From positions 5,409,779 through 5,473,778 of the forward strand of contig MU058198.1 of assembly GCA_013265495.1 (NCBI GenBank): a stretch of 64,000 nucleotides of DNA, read 5' to 3'. The stretch comes from Vicugna vicugna (lineage: Eukaryota). Shown in pieces: positions 37,804 to 50,160 of the stretch (position 1 is its first letter; each line of letters begins with the position of its first letter). The translations under genes were made by a program, and so were the position numbers. A model generated the notes under the pieces. The model was given only the letters and a program-made list of their open reading frames with translations. It searched no databases and was not told where the DNA came from.

Positions 37804-38699
37804 GCACCTATGCAGTGTTCTGCAAGTAGTCTCTTTGATACCCATGGCACCTGCATAACTTTCGCCATGGGGAGTTCACTACCTCCTGAGTTAGTTCATT
37901 CCATTCTTAGAGGACTCGGACCATTACAAATTAAAATTTAAATGATCCCCCTTCCAGCAAGCAGCCATCTATCTTCTCTCTCCAGGGCCACCCTCTGTTC
38001 TCCTATGATGTCACTTGAAATCCCTTCACTATCTTGGCGGTTCTTGCTGGTCAATAGCTGTTTTTCAGCCCAACACTCAGAGCCACATACAAGAATGCAA
38101 GTGTGGTCTGGCCAGCCAAGAGCACAGTAGCTCTGGTAGCGTGGTCTCCTGGGCACCAGGCCACCAGTTCTTCTGCTGCACCCCTGGCTCACTCTGAGAA
38201 TGTGGATGATCTTAGCTGGAGTCCGTCATAGGCTGTCACAGCCAGCCCAGCTCTGAATGCCCAGCAAATATGGTATTCCCAGTAGAGGGAAAGGAAGCAA
38301 GAAGCAGTCTGGGGTAGGAACAAGGTGTAACACCAGGACATACGATCTGGCCTTAGGGACGGCCGGCAAGCCAAGGTGAGGCATATTCATGAGACTCTCA
38401 ATTGTATTAGAAGCCCAGTTCAAGGAGGCTTGAGGAACAGAAAGGGCACATTGGCTCAGGTCTCTGAGAAGCCCCTGGTAGATCCATTTGTGGGTCCCCA
38501 AATATGCCACAGGGAAGACATCTGTCCTGTCACCCTATCTGGTTCCCTTGTGTGGGTTGTATGCCAGGCAGGCTCTTGTCTCCTGGGTGCTTACATGGTT
38601 TCCAGAAGCTTCAGGTTTACATCCTCCCAGTTTAGCAATGTCAGGGCAAAGAGGAGGCCTCTTTCCCAAAAGAACCAACAAATGTTGCTTTCATTCTTT

Positions 38700-39332
38700 T
38701 TTTTTCCTTTTTTACTGAAGTATAGTTGATGTACAAATATTATCTAAGCTACAGGTGTACAACATAGTGATTCACAATTTTTAAAAATTTTTCTCTTATT
38801 TTTATTTTTAAATTTTTGGGGGGGAGGTAATTAGGTTTTTTATTTATTTATTTATTTATTAATGGAGGTACTGGGGATTGAATTCAGGACCTTGTGCATG
38901 GTAAGTATGCACTCTACCACTGAGCTATACCCTCCCCCTCAATGATTCATAATCGTTAAAGTTTATAGTCCATGAATGGTTACTACAAAATATTGGCTAT
39001 ATTCCCTGTGTTTCACAATATGTCCTTGTAGCTTATTTATTTTATACATAATAGTTTGTACCTTTTGACTCCTACCCCTATCTTGCCCCTCCTAATAGCC
39101 AAGACATGGAGGCAACCTAAATGTCCATTGACAGATGACTGGATAAGGAAGTTGTGGTATACATATACAATGGAATACTACTCAGCCATAAAAAAGAATA
39201 AAATAATGCCATTCGCAGCAACATGGGTGGACCTAGAAATTGACATTATAAGTGAATAAGTCAGAAAGAGAAAAAAATACCATATGATATCACTTATATG
39301 TGGAATCTAAAAATAAAAAGGACACAAATGAA
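38700..39332 (-). mobile_element. L1 3' end with 5' inversion (minus segment ~38700-39090, plus segment ~39093-39332)
   Basis: A minus-strand 3' UTR is joined to a plus-strand upstream L1 piece (IAKTWRQPKCP...). The flanks share ctttcatt (38688 and 39333). Confidence 0.8.
38786..38942 (-). mobile_element. tRNA-derived camelid SINE (vic-1 type) nested in L1
   Basis: The reverse complement reads GGGGAGGGTATAGCTCAGTGGTAGAGTGCAT...GGTCCTGAATTCAATCCCCAGTACCTCC (A and B boxes), then (TAAA)n and CCTAATTACCTCCCCCC. TSD is tgattcacaatttttaaa (38768-38785) / tgattcataatcgttaaa (38943-38960). Confidence 0.9.
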
Positions 39333-39724
39333 CTTTCATTTTTATTTGATGAGCTTGGGTCACCTGCACAGCCTGGAGCTGGGAGTTGGGGTCAGCCTCA
39401 TACAACTCTCTATGGACTAAGAATGAGGGAAGGGTGGTTTCTCCAAAGGAAAGAGGGAATTCTATTATGAAGAGAAGAGAAAAAACCCAAGACACCTACT
39501 TTAGGCAGCCTAGGATTCCTGTAAGACTCCAGACCATCATGAGTATCCAAGAGGTCTGAGTTCCAAATGTGGATCTGAGCAGCAGGGTTTCCAGGGTGGC
39601 TGTATGAGACAGTGGGGTCATCCATGGTAGCAGCATCCAGACCCCTTGGTAAGTGGTAAGTGTTAGCAGGACAGGGCATGTGGAGGCATATTGGTCAACT
39701 TTGATTGAGCCTTTACTGTGGGAA

Positions 39725-39895
39725 GGCACCGGGCTTTTATATGGATGATCCCAGTCACCTTCAGGGTGCTCCCATGACTGTCATTAGCCCATTTTACATA
39801 TGGGAAAACTAAGGTACCAAAAGGTTAATGAACTTGTGTCCAAAGTCACACAACTAGTGACAGAACCAGAATTTGAGGGCAGAGTCTCATTCAGA
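39725..39895 (-). mobile_element. MIR SINE
   Basis: cccattttacatatgggaaaactaagg...ccaaagtcacacaactagtgacagaaccagaattt. Confidence 0.8.
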
Positions 39896-40534
39896 GCTGC
39901 AGTTCTCAACTCTGTCTATGCATAAAAATGACCTGGAGAAATTCTTAAAAACCCCTGTGCCAGGCTGCACCCTAGATCACAATCTGTGGGATTGGGACGC
40001 AAGCATCGCTATTTCTAAATGCCCCCCATTACTACCACCCAGGCCAGTGATCCCACTGAGCACGACTGAGAACAGCTGGTCTACCTCTCCCCACTCTGTC
40101 TCACTGGGCAGAGCTGGACAGGCTGGGCCTCGACCGAGAGCTGGGGGTAATGAGCCATCTCCTTCGTGTAAATTACCTTCACTTCTCTCTGCGAAGCCAG
40201 CCAAATCTCTTCTCCCAGACAAAACTTTTGAATCTACTCTCCAGCGGACTTTAATAGTCCTCTTGTTAAGCTGCTCTGGTATCTCAGCGGGAGAGCTCCA
40301 AGGCTGGGGGCCCTCTGCATGTTGGATTTTTCTGAGAGTCCCTGATCACAGAACCAAGGACAAAAGTTGAAAGCTTTATAAGAAACAAACTTGATCTCAT
40401 ACTCACCCATTTCACAGATGAGGAAATGGAGACTTCGCCTCTCCTCTCACATTATCTTGCTGAACAACTAATCCACTGGCAAGCTGTCGAAATGAGTGAA
40501 AGGCCAAAGAAGAGGGTGTAAGGAAAAAGGCCAC

Positions 40535-40906
40535 TGTTACGGGCTGAACATTTGTGCCTCCCCACAAAGCTCTATTTTGAAACCCTACCCCTCAGTGTGG
40601 GAGGTGGGGCCTTTGGAAAGAAATTAAGATTAGACGAGGTCATGAGGGTGGAGCCACCATGAATGGGATTAGTGCCCTTATATGAGTCACCAGAGAGTTT
40701 GCGTCTTCTCTCTGCTCTCTACCATCTGAGGACACAGCGAGGGGTCAGCAGTCTGCCACCTGGAAGAGGGTCCTCACCGGAACCCGAACATGATGGCACC
40801 GTGATCTTGACTTATAGCCTACAGAACTTTGAGAAATGAATTTCAATTTTTTCCTAAGCCACGCAGTCTGTGGTATTTTGTTACAGCAGCCTGACCCGAG
40901 AAGACA
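40535..40906 (+). mobile_element. MLT1A-type MaLR solo LTR
   Basis: TG...CA bounded: tgttacgggctgaa...gaggtcatgagggtggagcc...gtggtattttgttacagcagcc...aagaca. Confidence 0.85.
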
Positions 40907-41084
40907 ACTACTAATCCACAATTCCATCCAGACTCACTTCTCCAACATCCCCCAGATAGTCCAAACTTTCTAAACCATCCAATTATTCTGAAAAGCATTT
41001 ATGGAGCACTTAGTGTCTCATGAGGCTGTAAGAATGTAAGGAATTTGAGATACGAGCCCCACCCTGGAACCCCTTCAGAGTGTG

Positions 41085-41590
41085 GGACTGGCTCTGTTGG
41101 TTGCCCTCCCCAGGGCCACTCCTCCGCCCTCTTTGAAGCTGCCTGAACCTGCTGCTTTCAACAGCAGCAACTGAAAACACAGGCGTGTTGTCTCCCAGCC
41201 TCTCTTGCCGCTAGGATTGGGAGCATTCTGGCCAATGGGAAAATCAGCTACGGGACCTCAGGAAATACTGTCTTCCTGATTAAAAAAGAGAAATGTCTAG
41301 GAGAGCTTTATTCACTAGCCTGCCCTTGCCCCTTCTGGCTTTAGAATGAGTTTGCCTGAAGACCTGGAGGCCTGGAGGCTATGAGAGGAGACCTGTCACC
41401 ACACTGATGATGGTGGAGCTGAGATACGGGAAGAGCTTGGGTCTGTAATTCACTGTTGAGCTACTGACCCACTCCTGGAGTGAGCGACTTCTCCTCTTCT
41501 GGCTGTGATAGAAAATCAGATCCTCTGTTGTATACGCCACTTTCCATTGGGTGTTCTGTCCCTTGTGGATCAAAGCATTTCCTGAAACAG
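41085..41590 (+). mobile_element. Old MLT1-family LTR
   Basis: ctcccagcctctcttgccgctagg...ttctggccaatgg...gatggtggagctgaga...aaagcatttcctga. Confidence 0.6.
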
Positions 41591-41819
41591 AATGCTATCA
41601 AATAGACTGAGGTCTCTTCCTTTTCCTGGTAATAAAATTCTTGGCTGGTTAAATACTCTCTCTGAGACTCAGCTGCACAAAATATAAAACAGGAATAATG
41701 ATGACTACTTGGCTAGCTTGTTGTAGGGATTAATTGAGACAACAAAGGTACGTGTACAGGAGACACGGTTGGTGTTTTCCAGATGATCATGACTCTTCCT
41801 TTTTCCCGCCAAGTACAAT

Positions 41820-42065
41820 ACAGCAGACGTTATAAGCATAGGCTCTGGAATCACCCAGACATTGGCTTGAATCCAGGCTCTGACACTTAATCTGTGACCT
41901 TGAGCAGGTCATCTTACGGGAAGCTCATCGTCCGGATATGTAGAATGGGCATGATGTTAGTAACTGCCTCCCTGGGCCATTGCAAAGATTAGGGAGGAAT
42001 TAGCTTGCAAAAATCTTGACACAGAGGCAATACATAGCAAACATTCAGTGTATGCTAACTATTGC
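41820..42065 (+). mobile_element. MIR SINE
   Basis: ggctctggaatca...ttgaatccaggctctgacactta...tgtgaccttgagcaggtca. Confidence 0.75.
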
Positions 42066-42109
42066 TTATATGTCGAATAAATTGTCAGAAGAGAAAATGA
42101 TAAAGCCAG

Positions 42110-42662
42110 TGAGAAATGGCACTGTAGTTTTACCATCCGCAGCCTCACTTCCTCCTTTCCAGCAGAAGCCTGCTTTTGTTTCAGCTGCTATTTAGGTATA
42201 CCCCATTCCCAGCTGAGCTCAGCTCGGATGCCATGAGTGAACCTGTCTGCATTAAGGTGAGCCCATCCCTTTGCCAGTGACAGCAATGCTGGGGACATGG
42301 GCATGTGACCTGCCTCTCACCAATGGGGGAAGCTGCTGGGCAGCTCTCAGTGAAGTTTTCTCTCATCCCCACTGGAAGGGATGCCCTCTCTTCTTGATCT
42401 GGATGTTTTCATGTCTGGATGTGATAATGTAAACAGCTTCAGGCAGCTTCCTATGGACTAAGGGGGAAGGCAGCCTCAAGGATGGTACAGAGATGAGCAG
42501 AGCAAACCTGGGTCTTTGAAGATGCGGTTGAGCTAATAGTCACCTGTCCTAAAACCCTCCCTGCCCAGAAGTCTATACATCTGGGGGCAGTACTTTCTGA
42601 GTTGTTCACCCCAGTTGGAGCTGAATTTTCTGTTGTCTATGAACAAAAGCATCCTAATGGAC
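42110..42662 (+). mobile_element. Old MLT1-family LTR (MLT1K/L-like)
   Basis: gggcatgtgacc...gatgtgataatgtaaacagct...ttttctgttgtc...aaaagcatcctaatggaca. Confidence 0.55.
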
Positions 42663-43479
42663 ATGTTGCTCCCTCAGTAGCCAAGCTCTGGGCTTGACTC
42701 AAACATGGGGTCACAACATCATAGAATGATAGACGTCAGCGAGCTCATTCTGTCTCCAATACAGAAATGAGAGGATGAAGTCTTCCCAGAGATGGGTAGC
42801 AACTTGCCCCAGGGCACGCCGCTAGCAGGGGGCAAAGCCAAAATGCACGCCCGCATTTCTGACCCTCATACCTTACTCTCCTCGTACCCACATGTGGGAA
42901 GAGGACAAGCTGATGTGATCTGAGTAGAAGAAAAAAGGAATGAAAACTAAGAAGCGGAACTTCTTGCAGGTCCTTTGAGAGATCTGGCGGTTGTCCAGGA
43001 GCCCCTGAGGCCTCACCCAGCCTCTAGCTCACCAAGGCTCAGATCTACTTAGTGTTCCCTGCACTGTGATGCATGTGGTTTTAAATGCCAAAGCAGGGGC
43101 CTGATACATTCTCTTCCTGGACTGCTGGCTCTTGGGACAAGTTGTAGATCAGGGTGACGACAGGGCCCTGGTGAACTGCTGCACTGCGGTCAGAGGGACC
43201 CTTTCACTTTACTGCATGTTCACAGCGCTGAGCATCAGGGCAGTAACTCTCAGACACACAGAGAGAACTGGCATCGAAACACTGATGGGGACCTCGGCTT
43301 CAGACAGACCTAGAGATATCAGTGCCCCTGATAGCAGCTGCCTTGTCTTCTCCCTGCCAGGTCAGGGCTGAGGGCTCACTCTGCATAAACATGCTGGGGC
43401 CAGCCTTGAATCCAAGTGCACTGATTCCCACAAGAGCAAACGGCCCTGGAACAGCAGGCAGCGTCTCCACGTGCCCACC

Positions 43480-43860
43480 TCTTTAGGGGTCTCCTCCTCT
43501 TCTAAGCACCTGGGAGGATCACGCTTCTCCACACAAACACCCCACTTCAAGGTGGGGTTATGCGATTAGCTCTGGCTAATTGGCTGTAAGCAGCATTGGA
43601 TGCATATATCTTCTGGATCAAAGCAGTTAACTGCGCGTGTGAAATCTTCCAATTCTCTTCCCTGCCTTGGGAGTCATGGAAAAGGGTGTGTGATGGAAGT
43701 GTGTACGATGGAAGCCACCTGGAGCTCTAAATTACGACGTGAAGACAGCTGCCCAGGAGAGAACGCAATTTCAATCTACAGTAAGGAGCAGACGTTTGTT
43801 GTGTAAAGTCACTAAGATTTCGGTGCTGTTTGTCATTGCAGCGTAACCTTGCCTAACTGG
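43480..43860 (+). mobile_element. MLT1-family LTR
   Basis: gattagctctggctaattgg...gaagacagctgcccaggaga...ttgttgtgtaaagtcactaagatttc...gcagcgtaaccttgcctaactg. Confidence 0.65.
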
Positions 43861-44474
43861 CCCTGGAATCTTATCAGTGTCAGTAACAGCCATCACCATT
43901 TATTAGCACTCACCAGGTTTCAGGGAGGGTGCTAGGACCTCTGTGGACCTCACCTCATTTAAATCCCACACTAACCCTGTGAAAAGAAGGTTTGGGATTT
44001 TCCCAGAGTCAAACACCGAAGACATGATGATGCAGTGAATTCTCAGATCTACACTGATCTTACTCCAAAGACTCATATGCTTTTACTGTTAAACATGGGG
44101 GGGGGGAGAAATACTGAGAGAAAAGCTTTTATAATGTATTGAAAAAATCAGATAGAAAATTCTGTATATAAGATGACTTCAATTATTTTTACATACACAC
44201 ACGAGAAAGTGAGAAAGAAATAGAGAGAGAGAGAGAGAGAGAATGAAAGTGAACCACAATATATACAGTTGAAATCTTCAATGGGTGGTTTTATGGAAGG
44301 TTTCTATTTTATTTTTATATGCTTCTATAATCTTTTAGGTCTTCTACAATGAGTAAATATTATTTTATAGTCAGAAAAAAATGCATTTTAAATGTAGGAT
44401 AGTAGCCAAAATAGAATGTGAATTTCTGAGATCCAAAACCTCCACGACTCAAGAAGACTCAAGGAGTGATGGAG

Positions 44475-44680
44475 AACAAATGCTTATTAAGCCCCTACCA
44501 TGTGCCTAGCATTTTTTGTAAGTTATAACATTTAATCCTCTCCATGATCCTGAGAAATAAGGATTAATTTTTCCAATTTGCAGATAGAAAGCAGGGATTC
44601 AGAGAGGTCAAGTAACTAGCCTAAGGTCACACAGATATGACATGACCAACAGGCTTTTGGACCCCAAACTCACATTCTCT
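44475..44680 (-). mobile_element. MIR SINE
   Basis: atttaatcctc...ttgcagatagaaagcagggattcagagaggtcaagtaactagcctaaggtcacacag. Confidence 0.8.
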
Positions 44681-45099
44681 TCAGTACACGGTGCTTACTA
44701 TAATTAGCCCCCATGGGCATTCGTTCATAGTTTGGTTTTGAATCTTATATTCCTCCGTTTGTATGAGTGCAGGGATGCCTGGGTTTTATCCCAAATCAGA
44801 GCCACAGGGCCCCTTGAGGTTTCCCAGAAGAAACTGCAGCAAATGAGAATCAAGCTATTAATCATTGCTTATGCACCTTTGTCGTCTTAGGAATTTATGG
44901 AAATTTATGCTTTAGGGAAAAGCATAACCCTTGGGGCTGTTGTTCATAGCCTTGTTTCGAGACCTAGGGAGATATTTCCTCCCTCTGTGTCCCAGTTTTA
45001 CCTTGAGCCAGCCACCCGAGGCCAAGCCAACGTGAGAAGAGGAGCCAAGGGGAAGTCGGACGACTGTCTACCCTAAATATCCAAAGTGCTATGCAGAAC

Positions 45100-45500
45100 A
45101 CTGTCTGCAAACTTTTTATCCTGAAGACTCTCAAACACAAAAGTAGAGAGTGTAACAAACTCCCAAGGATCCATCACCCAGCTTCAACAACTACCAACAT
45201 TCTGCCATGTTTGTTTCATCTCTACCTTATATTTTGTTCCATCTATATCTGATTTATTTTAAAGCAAATCCCAGACATCACGCCATTTGCACCTCAATAC
45301 TTCAGTAACATCTGGTTAAAAATGGACATTTTTATACATAACCACAATGTTATTATCACACCTCACAGAATCATAATCTTATCTAATACCCACTCCCTAT
45401 TCAAATTTCCCAATTGCCTAAAAAATTAATTTTAAGTTCATTTTCCCAAATCCAGACTCACATAGGCTTCATTCACTGTATTTGATTGTTAAGTCTCTCA
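45100..45500 (-). mobile_element. L1ME-type 3' fragment
   Basis: ccatcacccagcttcaacaa...tttaaagcaaatcccagacatca...cataaccacaatg...tctaatacc. Confidence 0.6.
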
Positions 45501-45861
45501 AGCTTCCTCCAGTAGGCTGACGACATAACAGGCCATTGAAGCATAAACACTTCCGAGAGTGAAAGAAAGCACTGTTAATAATATATCAAGACAAAAATTA
45601 TAAACTAAGATTGTCCAGGGAAAAACTATAGGGTGGCCACACCTGTAAGCATCTCCTTTTCATTTCCATGACTTAGTACCCGTCTGTGTCAGCGGCCCTA
45701 CGGAATGATGCTCTGCCTGGTTTGGGTTAATTGCTTCCTCATGGGGCTGTTCCACAGGATCCTAGTCTAGCCTGCGCTCTTCTTCTCAATAAGAGATCTA
45801 CCACTCAAAGGTCTGATTAGACTCAAGTGCTGCATGACTTTTAAATGTGCAGTTACCCTCC

Positions 45862-46352
45862 TGTATTTCTTTCCTGTTGCTACTGCCATAAATTACTACG
45901 AATTTAGTGGCTTAAAATAATGCATTTTAAAAAATCTTATTTGGAGAGTGGAAGCTGCAAATGGATGTCACTCGGCTGGAATGAAGATGCCATCGGGCTC
46001 CATTCTTCCTGGAGTCTTGGAGGTAGGGGTGAATAATCTGTTTTCTTGCCCTTTCCAACTTCCAGAGTCTGCCCACATCCCTTGGTTCATGATCCTCTTC
46101 CTCCGTCTTCAAAATCAGCATTGGTAGGTACATCTCTCTGGTCCTCACTCTCTGCCCTCTGTGGTCCTCATTTAAGGATTCTTGAGAGTACATTGGGGTC
46201 CCCCCAGATAAGTCAGGATCATCTCCTTATTTTAAGGTCATCTGATTAGCCACCTTAGTTCCATCTGCAGCGTTCATTCCCTCTTGCCACGTAACCTAAC
46301 ACAGTCACGGTTTCTGGGCTTTAGGACACGGCCAGTATTCTGCCTGCCATCC
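45862..46352 (-). mobile_element. MLT1C/D-type MaLR solo LTR
   Basis: tgtatttctttcctgttgct...ttagtggcttaaaa...ttcctggagtcttggagg...gatcatctccttattttaaggtca...tattctgcctgcca. Confidence 0.8.
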
Positions 46353-46629
46353 ACGTCCAGTGATCATTGTAGTTGAGTCACAGGGTGAAATCAGTTGAGC
46401 CTTCCCTCCTCTTTGGGAAAAGTGACAAGCAGGTAGTGATTACATTGGCTACAGTAAACAGCCATGGACCCTCAACAGCATCCTCACACCTCCTTTCCAC
46501 CTTCTCTTTCTCTGGCCATGTGAGAACCTCCAACTTGCCCTTGGGGACACACTTTGGGTTCACACTGAATGGCGACAGGGCTTTGGAAATGTCATTTAAC
46601 TTCTCTGGTCATCAGCGTTCTCATCAGAG

Positions 46630-47250
46630 ACGAGAAGAGAGTGGTACCCAGTTCCAGACAAGGCGGCTGGCGCACGGCCCTGTTTAGAAGGGGCTCCGGC
46701 AGGCGGAGCGCTCTCCGCACAGGCTGCTGCTGCTAACATAACGCAGTGGTGCTTCCCTGCGCCTGCGCCTGCCCCTGCGCCTGCCGCTGGCCTGGCCTCA
46801 CCTGCAGCAGCTGCTGACCTCGCTCCACTTGGAGTCCGAGCTTGTCGTCACCCCTGGGTCTGTCTCCGTGCAGCCTCCTGCAGCTGCCAAGGCGGAACTT
46901 GCTAGTCTCATCCTTCTCATCTCAGTGAAAAAAGGGATTCTGGCTGCGGCGGGAGAGGATCCTTCCACCATGTGTGATTCCTGAACTCGGCTTCTTAGAA
47001 AGAAGAGGGGTTTCTCTCTCTGAGCCACTGGATCCAGAGAGCAGAATTGAGAGTGTGAACGAGTACCGAAGTCCCCATCAGATGACCGGAGCATGAGCAA
47101 GAGCCCAGGAGCCGGGGCTGGGGGAGCGGCCGGGAGAGGCTGCCGGGGAGGGCGCCTCAGGGTGCATCTCGGAAGCCCAGCCGTCACCCTCTCCGGGCCC
47201 CACAGTCTGGCGAACTTCTAGCCCTTGAACCAGCAGAGAAGGGTAAGAAT
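46630..47250 (+). promoter_or_regulatory. Small CpG-enriched island: candidate promoter or first exon
   Basis: About 30 CpG in ~600 bp by hand count, against a CpG-poor background. There is an NRF1-like TGCGCCTGCGC motif (~46758-46768), G-runs at 47114-47162, and a donor-like AGG|GTAAGA at 47242/47243. Confidence 0.4.
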
Positions 47251-48419
47251 CCTGCTCTTTCAGCTTCAACAAACAGCACGGAGCAGGAAGAATGTGGAAC
47301 AGAAAACCACTGCCTCCCATATTCCAAGACAGAAGAGGAGTTGAATAGAGAGGACTGAAGGTGACAAGAAAACATTAGAGGTGCCGCCAAGCGTCTACAG
47401 CGAAAGCCACAGAAATGTTGGTATAGATACAGACATGTGAATACATATTTCTGTTTATATGTGTTTATATATAATTGTTTAATTTAGAACTATGAGATAC
47501 CTCCAGGGTTAGACGAAGAAGCCACTTCTAACTAGCATTTTGCAAACTTCTCAACACACGTTAAGCATGATGCTAGGCATTTTTCCACCATTGGCACATG
47601 GAAAGCCCCAGCAGGGCTGCAAGCAGGCATTCACATACCCATTTCACAGATGGAGAAACTGGCAGAGAAGTTAAGGAGGTTGGCCAAGGACACATAGGTG
47701 GTACCCTGACTTTCATGGAGTTTAGGACAAAATTAATATCTTCCTGACAAAAAAGTCAGCATGTTGGTACCACAGAGTAGCTGAATGGTCAAAAGAAGCT
47801 GTTTGATATTTGCATATCTTTAAATCTTGCTCTAAATGGCATCATTTCTTTTAAATAGACTAAGCGACTATGAATACTCAGCAATTAATAATTATTATGC
47901 CTCATTAATTTAATAAAGGATTATGTCTTTATAGAAAACGCAGAGCTAATTGGAAAAGAAAGTTAACCCATGCTATGTTGGCTTCCAAGGAGAAGATCTG
48001 CATATTTGGAGGAGATGCCCAGAGTCCAGAAAACTCTGCTCACCTGGGGCCAGGTTACCCAGGCTGCTCTCCTGTGACCAAACGGGAGGTGGAGAGCCGG
48101 CCTTATGACCCCAAACCTATAAACAGCCCTGCCACTAATGAAACAGAAACTTCAGGAAACGACACAAAACAAGCAGTGCAGTTAGCAGCTCACCAGGGCT
48201 GCGAGGCCTGCGACCGTGAATGTGGGGGCACAGGCAGCGTGGCGATCTCAGACAGCTGCAATTTGCAGAACCGCCACTTTGGAAAGATAAATATAGGTCG
48301 GGCAGCCCTTTTGGCCAGGGAGAATGAGGATGGGGATGAAATGTCACCAGAGCACTAATCCAGGGTCACAAGTTCAGGGCTGGCAGATCCACCCACCATT
48401 TTCTATTTGGCAGCCTCTG

Positions 48420-48850
48420 GTCACGTCCTCCGGCCAGGGCGACGGCAACAGCTTTCTAAGTGATCTCCCTGCCCCCAGTCTTGGTCCCCTGCAATCCTAA
48501 AGGCAGCCAGAGTGAATCTGTCAAAAGAAAAATCCGATCCTATTGCTCCCCTGCTTTGAGCTCTGGTGTTGGCTTCCCACTGCCCTTGGGATGGAGCCCA
48601 GAGGGAGGGGGCCCTGCTTGACACCCCAGGATCTTCTTGTCCATCCTTCTTTCTCCTCCTGGCTGAAGGCTGGATGCAAAGCCCCATGTTCTTCCAGATT
48701 CATGCACATGCTCCTTCTCTTCCAAGAGTGCCCTTCTGCCTCCCCTTCCCTCATTGGGGTCACCCTTACCTGGCCACCATGTCTCCACCTGGTGTCCCTT
48801 CAAAGACCTAGAAAGCCTGGGTTCTCCTCGAGGGCGCCTGCAATAGCACT
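48420..48850 (+). mobile_element. L2 fragment
   Basis: gcagccagagtgaatctgtcaaaa...attgctcccctgctt...tggcttcccactgcccttggg is typical of the L2 body. Confidence 0.65.
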
Positions 48851-49639
48851 GGCTCATAAAGTGACACTCGTGAGGGTTGAGAGCTGAAGGTTCAGGTGCA
48901 GAGGCTGGCAGAGCCAAAATCAAACCTGTGTCTGTCTGACCCCAAAGCCTGTGCTCTTAATTACACTGCCCTAAGCTTAGCCTACGGTCCCCTCTTCGAT
49001 CATCGTTTCAGCAAGATTCTCTCTCTCCCCCCATCTCTCGGCCACACCTCGTCCTTTCCCTTTGTGGGATAACTCCCATCTGTGCTTCCAGCCTCTGCAG
49101 AGACATCCCCTCTCTGGGAAGCTTCCCCTGACTTCCTCAGGCTGAGCCACACGCTCTACTTTTGTGCCTGTCCCAGTCCTGGCCACATCAGTCAGGACAC
49201 GCTGGGCGATGCTGCAGAAACAAACAACCCCAAGACCTCAGAGGCCTAAACGGTGATGTTTTAGTTCTCCCTCACACTGCGCGGCCATCTAGGGTTGCCA
49301 GCCTCGCTCCAGGCCCCACGTGGACCAAGCGGCCTCTAGCTAGAACACTTCTGGTTGTCATGGCAGAGAGTAACCAGGGTCTCTGTGGAGGGGGTCAGCG
49401 TGGAAAAGCTCTTAAGGCAGAACTTCTCCTATTAGCACACATTTTATTGTCCAAAGCAAGCCACGTGGCCAAACTGGACCCGGAGCGGGCGGGAGGCAGA
49501 GCCTTCCTGTGCAACCCTCCGCTTCACATGGGGTCCACTGTCAGCGCTCCAGACACGTTACAATGTGGTGAACCGCTGACTCCTCTGTCTCCTCCGCTGT
49601 GAGCTCCCCCAGGCTTTGGGCTTTATCTGCAGGATCTTG

Positions 49640-50160
49640 CCTTGCGCAGTTCCTACACCAAACAGGGCCCCACCATCTGCATGCTGAAGAGACAAAGAAA
49701 AGAAATGCCTGAATGCCGTCCAGACCAGAGCCCTTTCTCCATCCTGACTCCTCTTAGCTCCTCCTACTGCACAGAGACAGCTCATGTGCATCACTGCTCC
49801 GGCCACAGGGGCCTTTTCCTTTTCCACAAACACGCCAGGCTCATTCTCCAGGGCAGGGCCTTCACAGCTGCTGCTCCTGTTCCCTGGGACCCTCCCCCTG
49901 GCACCTGTGTACACTGGGGACACCTCCCTTGACCGCCACCTTTTAAAGCGCTCTCCGGCCACAGCCCTCTCTATCCTCACGACCTTTCTCATTCTCTCCA
50001 CAGATATTAAGGCTGTATTAAATTACATCGTTGATTTGTTTCCTTAGTGTTTGTCTTCCTGACCGAAATGTGGCCCCTTGAGGCTGGAGTGATGTTTGGA
50101 ATTGGTCAATACCATATATATATATATATTGAATTCATGAATATGTGAATGAATAAATAA
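49640..50160 (+). mobile_element. L2 3' fragment
   Basis: cagggccttcacagctgctgctcctg...tgtttgtcttcc...ends in tgaatgaataaataa. Confidence 0.7.

Noticed and set aside
38865..38940. tRNA-like sequence (also 62155-62230)
   Set aside because: It is a SINE head with tail and TSD, not a tRNA gene.
46900..47480. Possible processed pseudogene
   Set aside because: The frames I translated match no protein I recognise, and there is no poly(A) tail or TSD. It cannot be fully excluded without BLAST.
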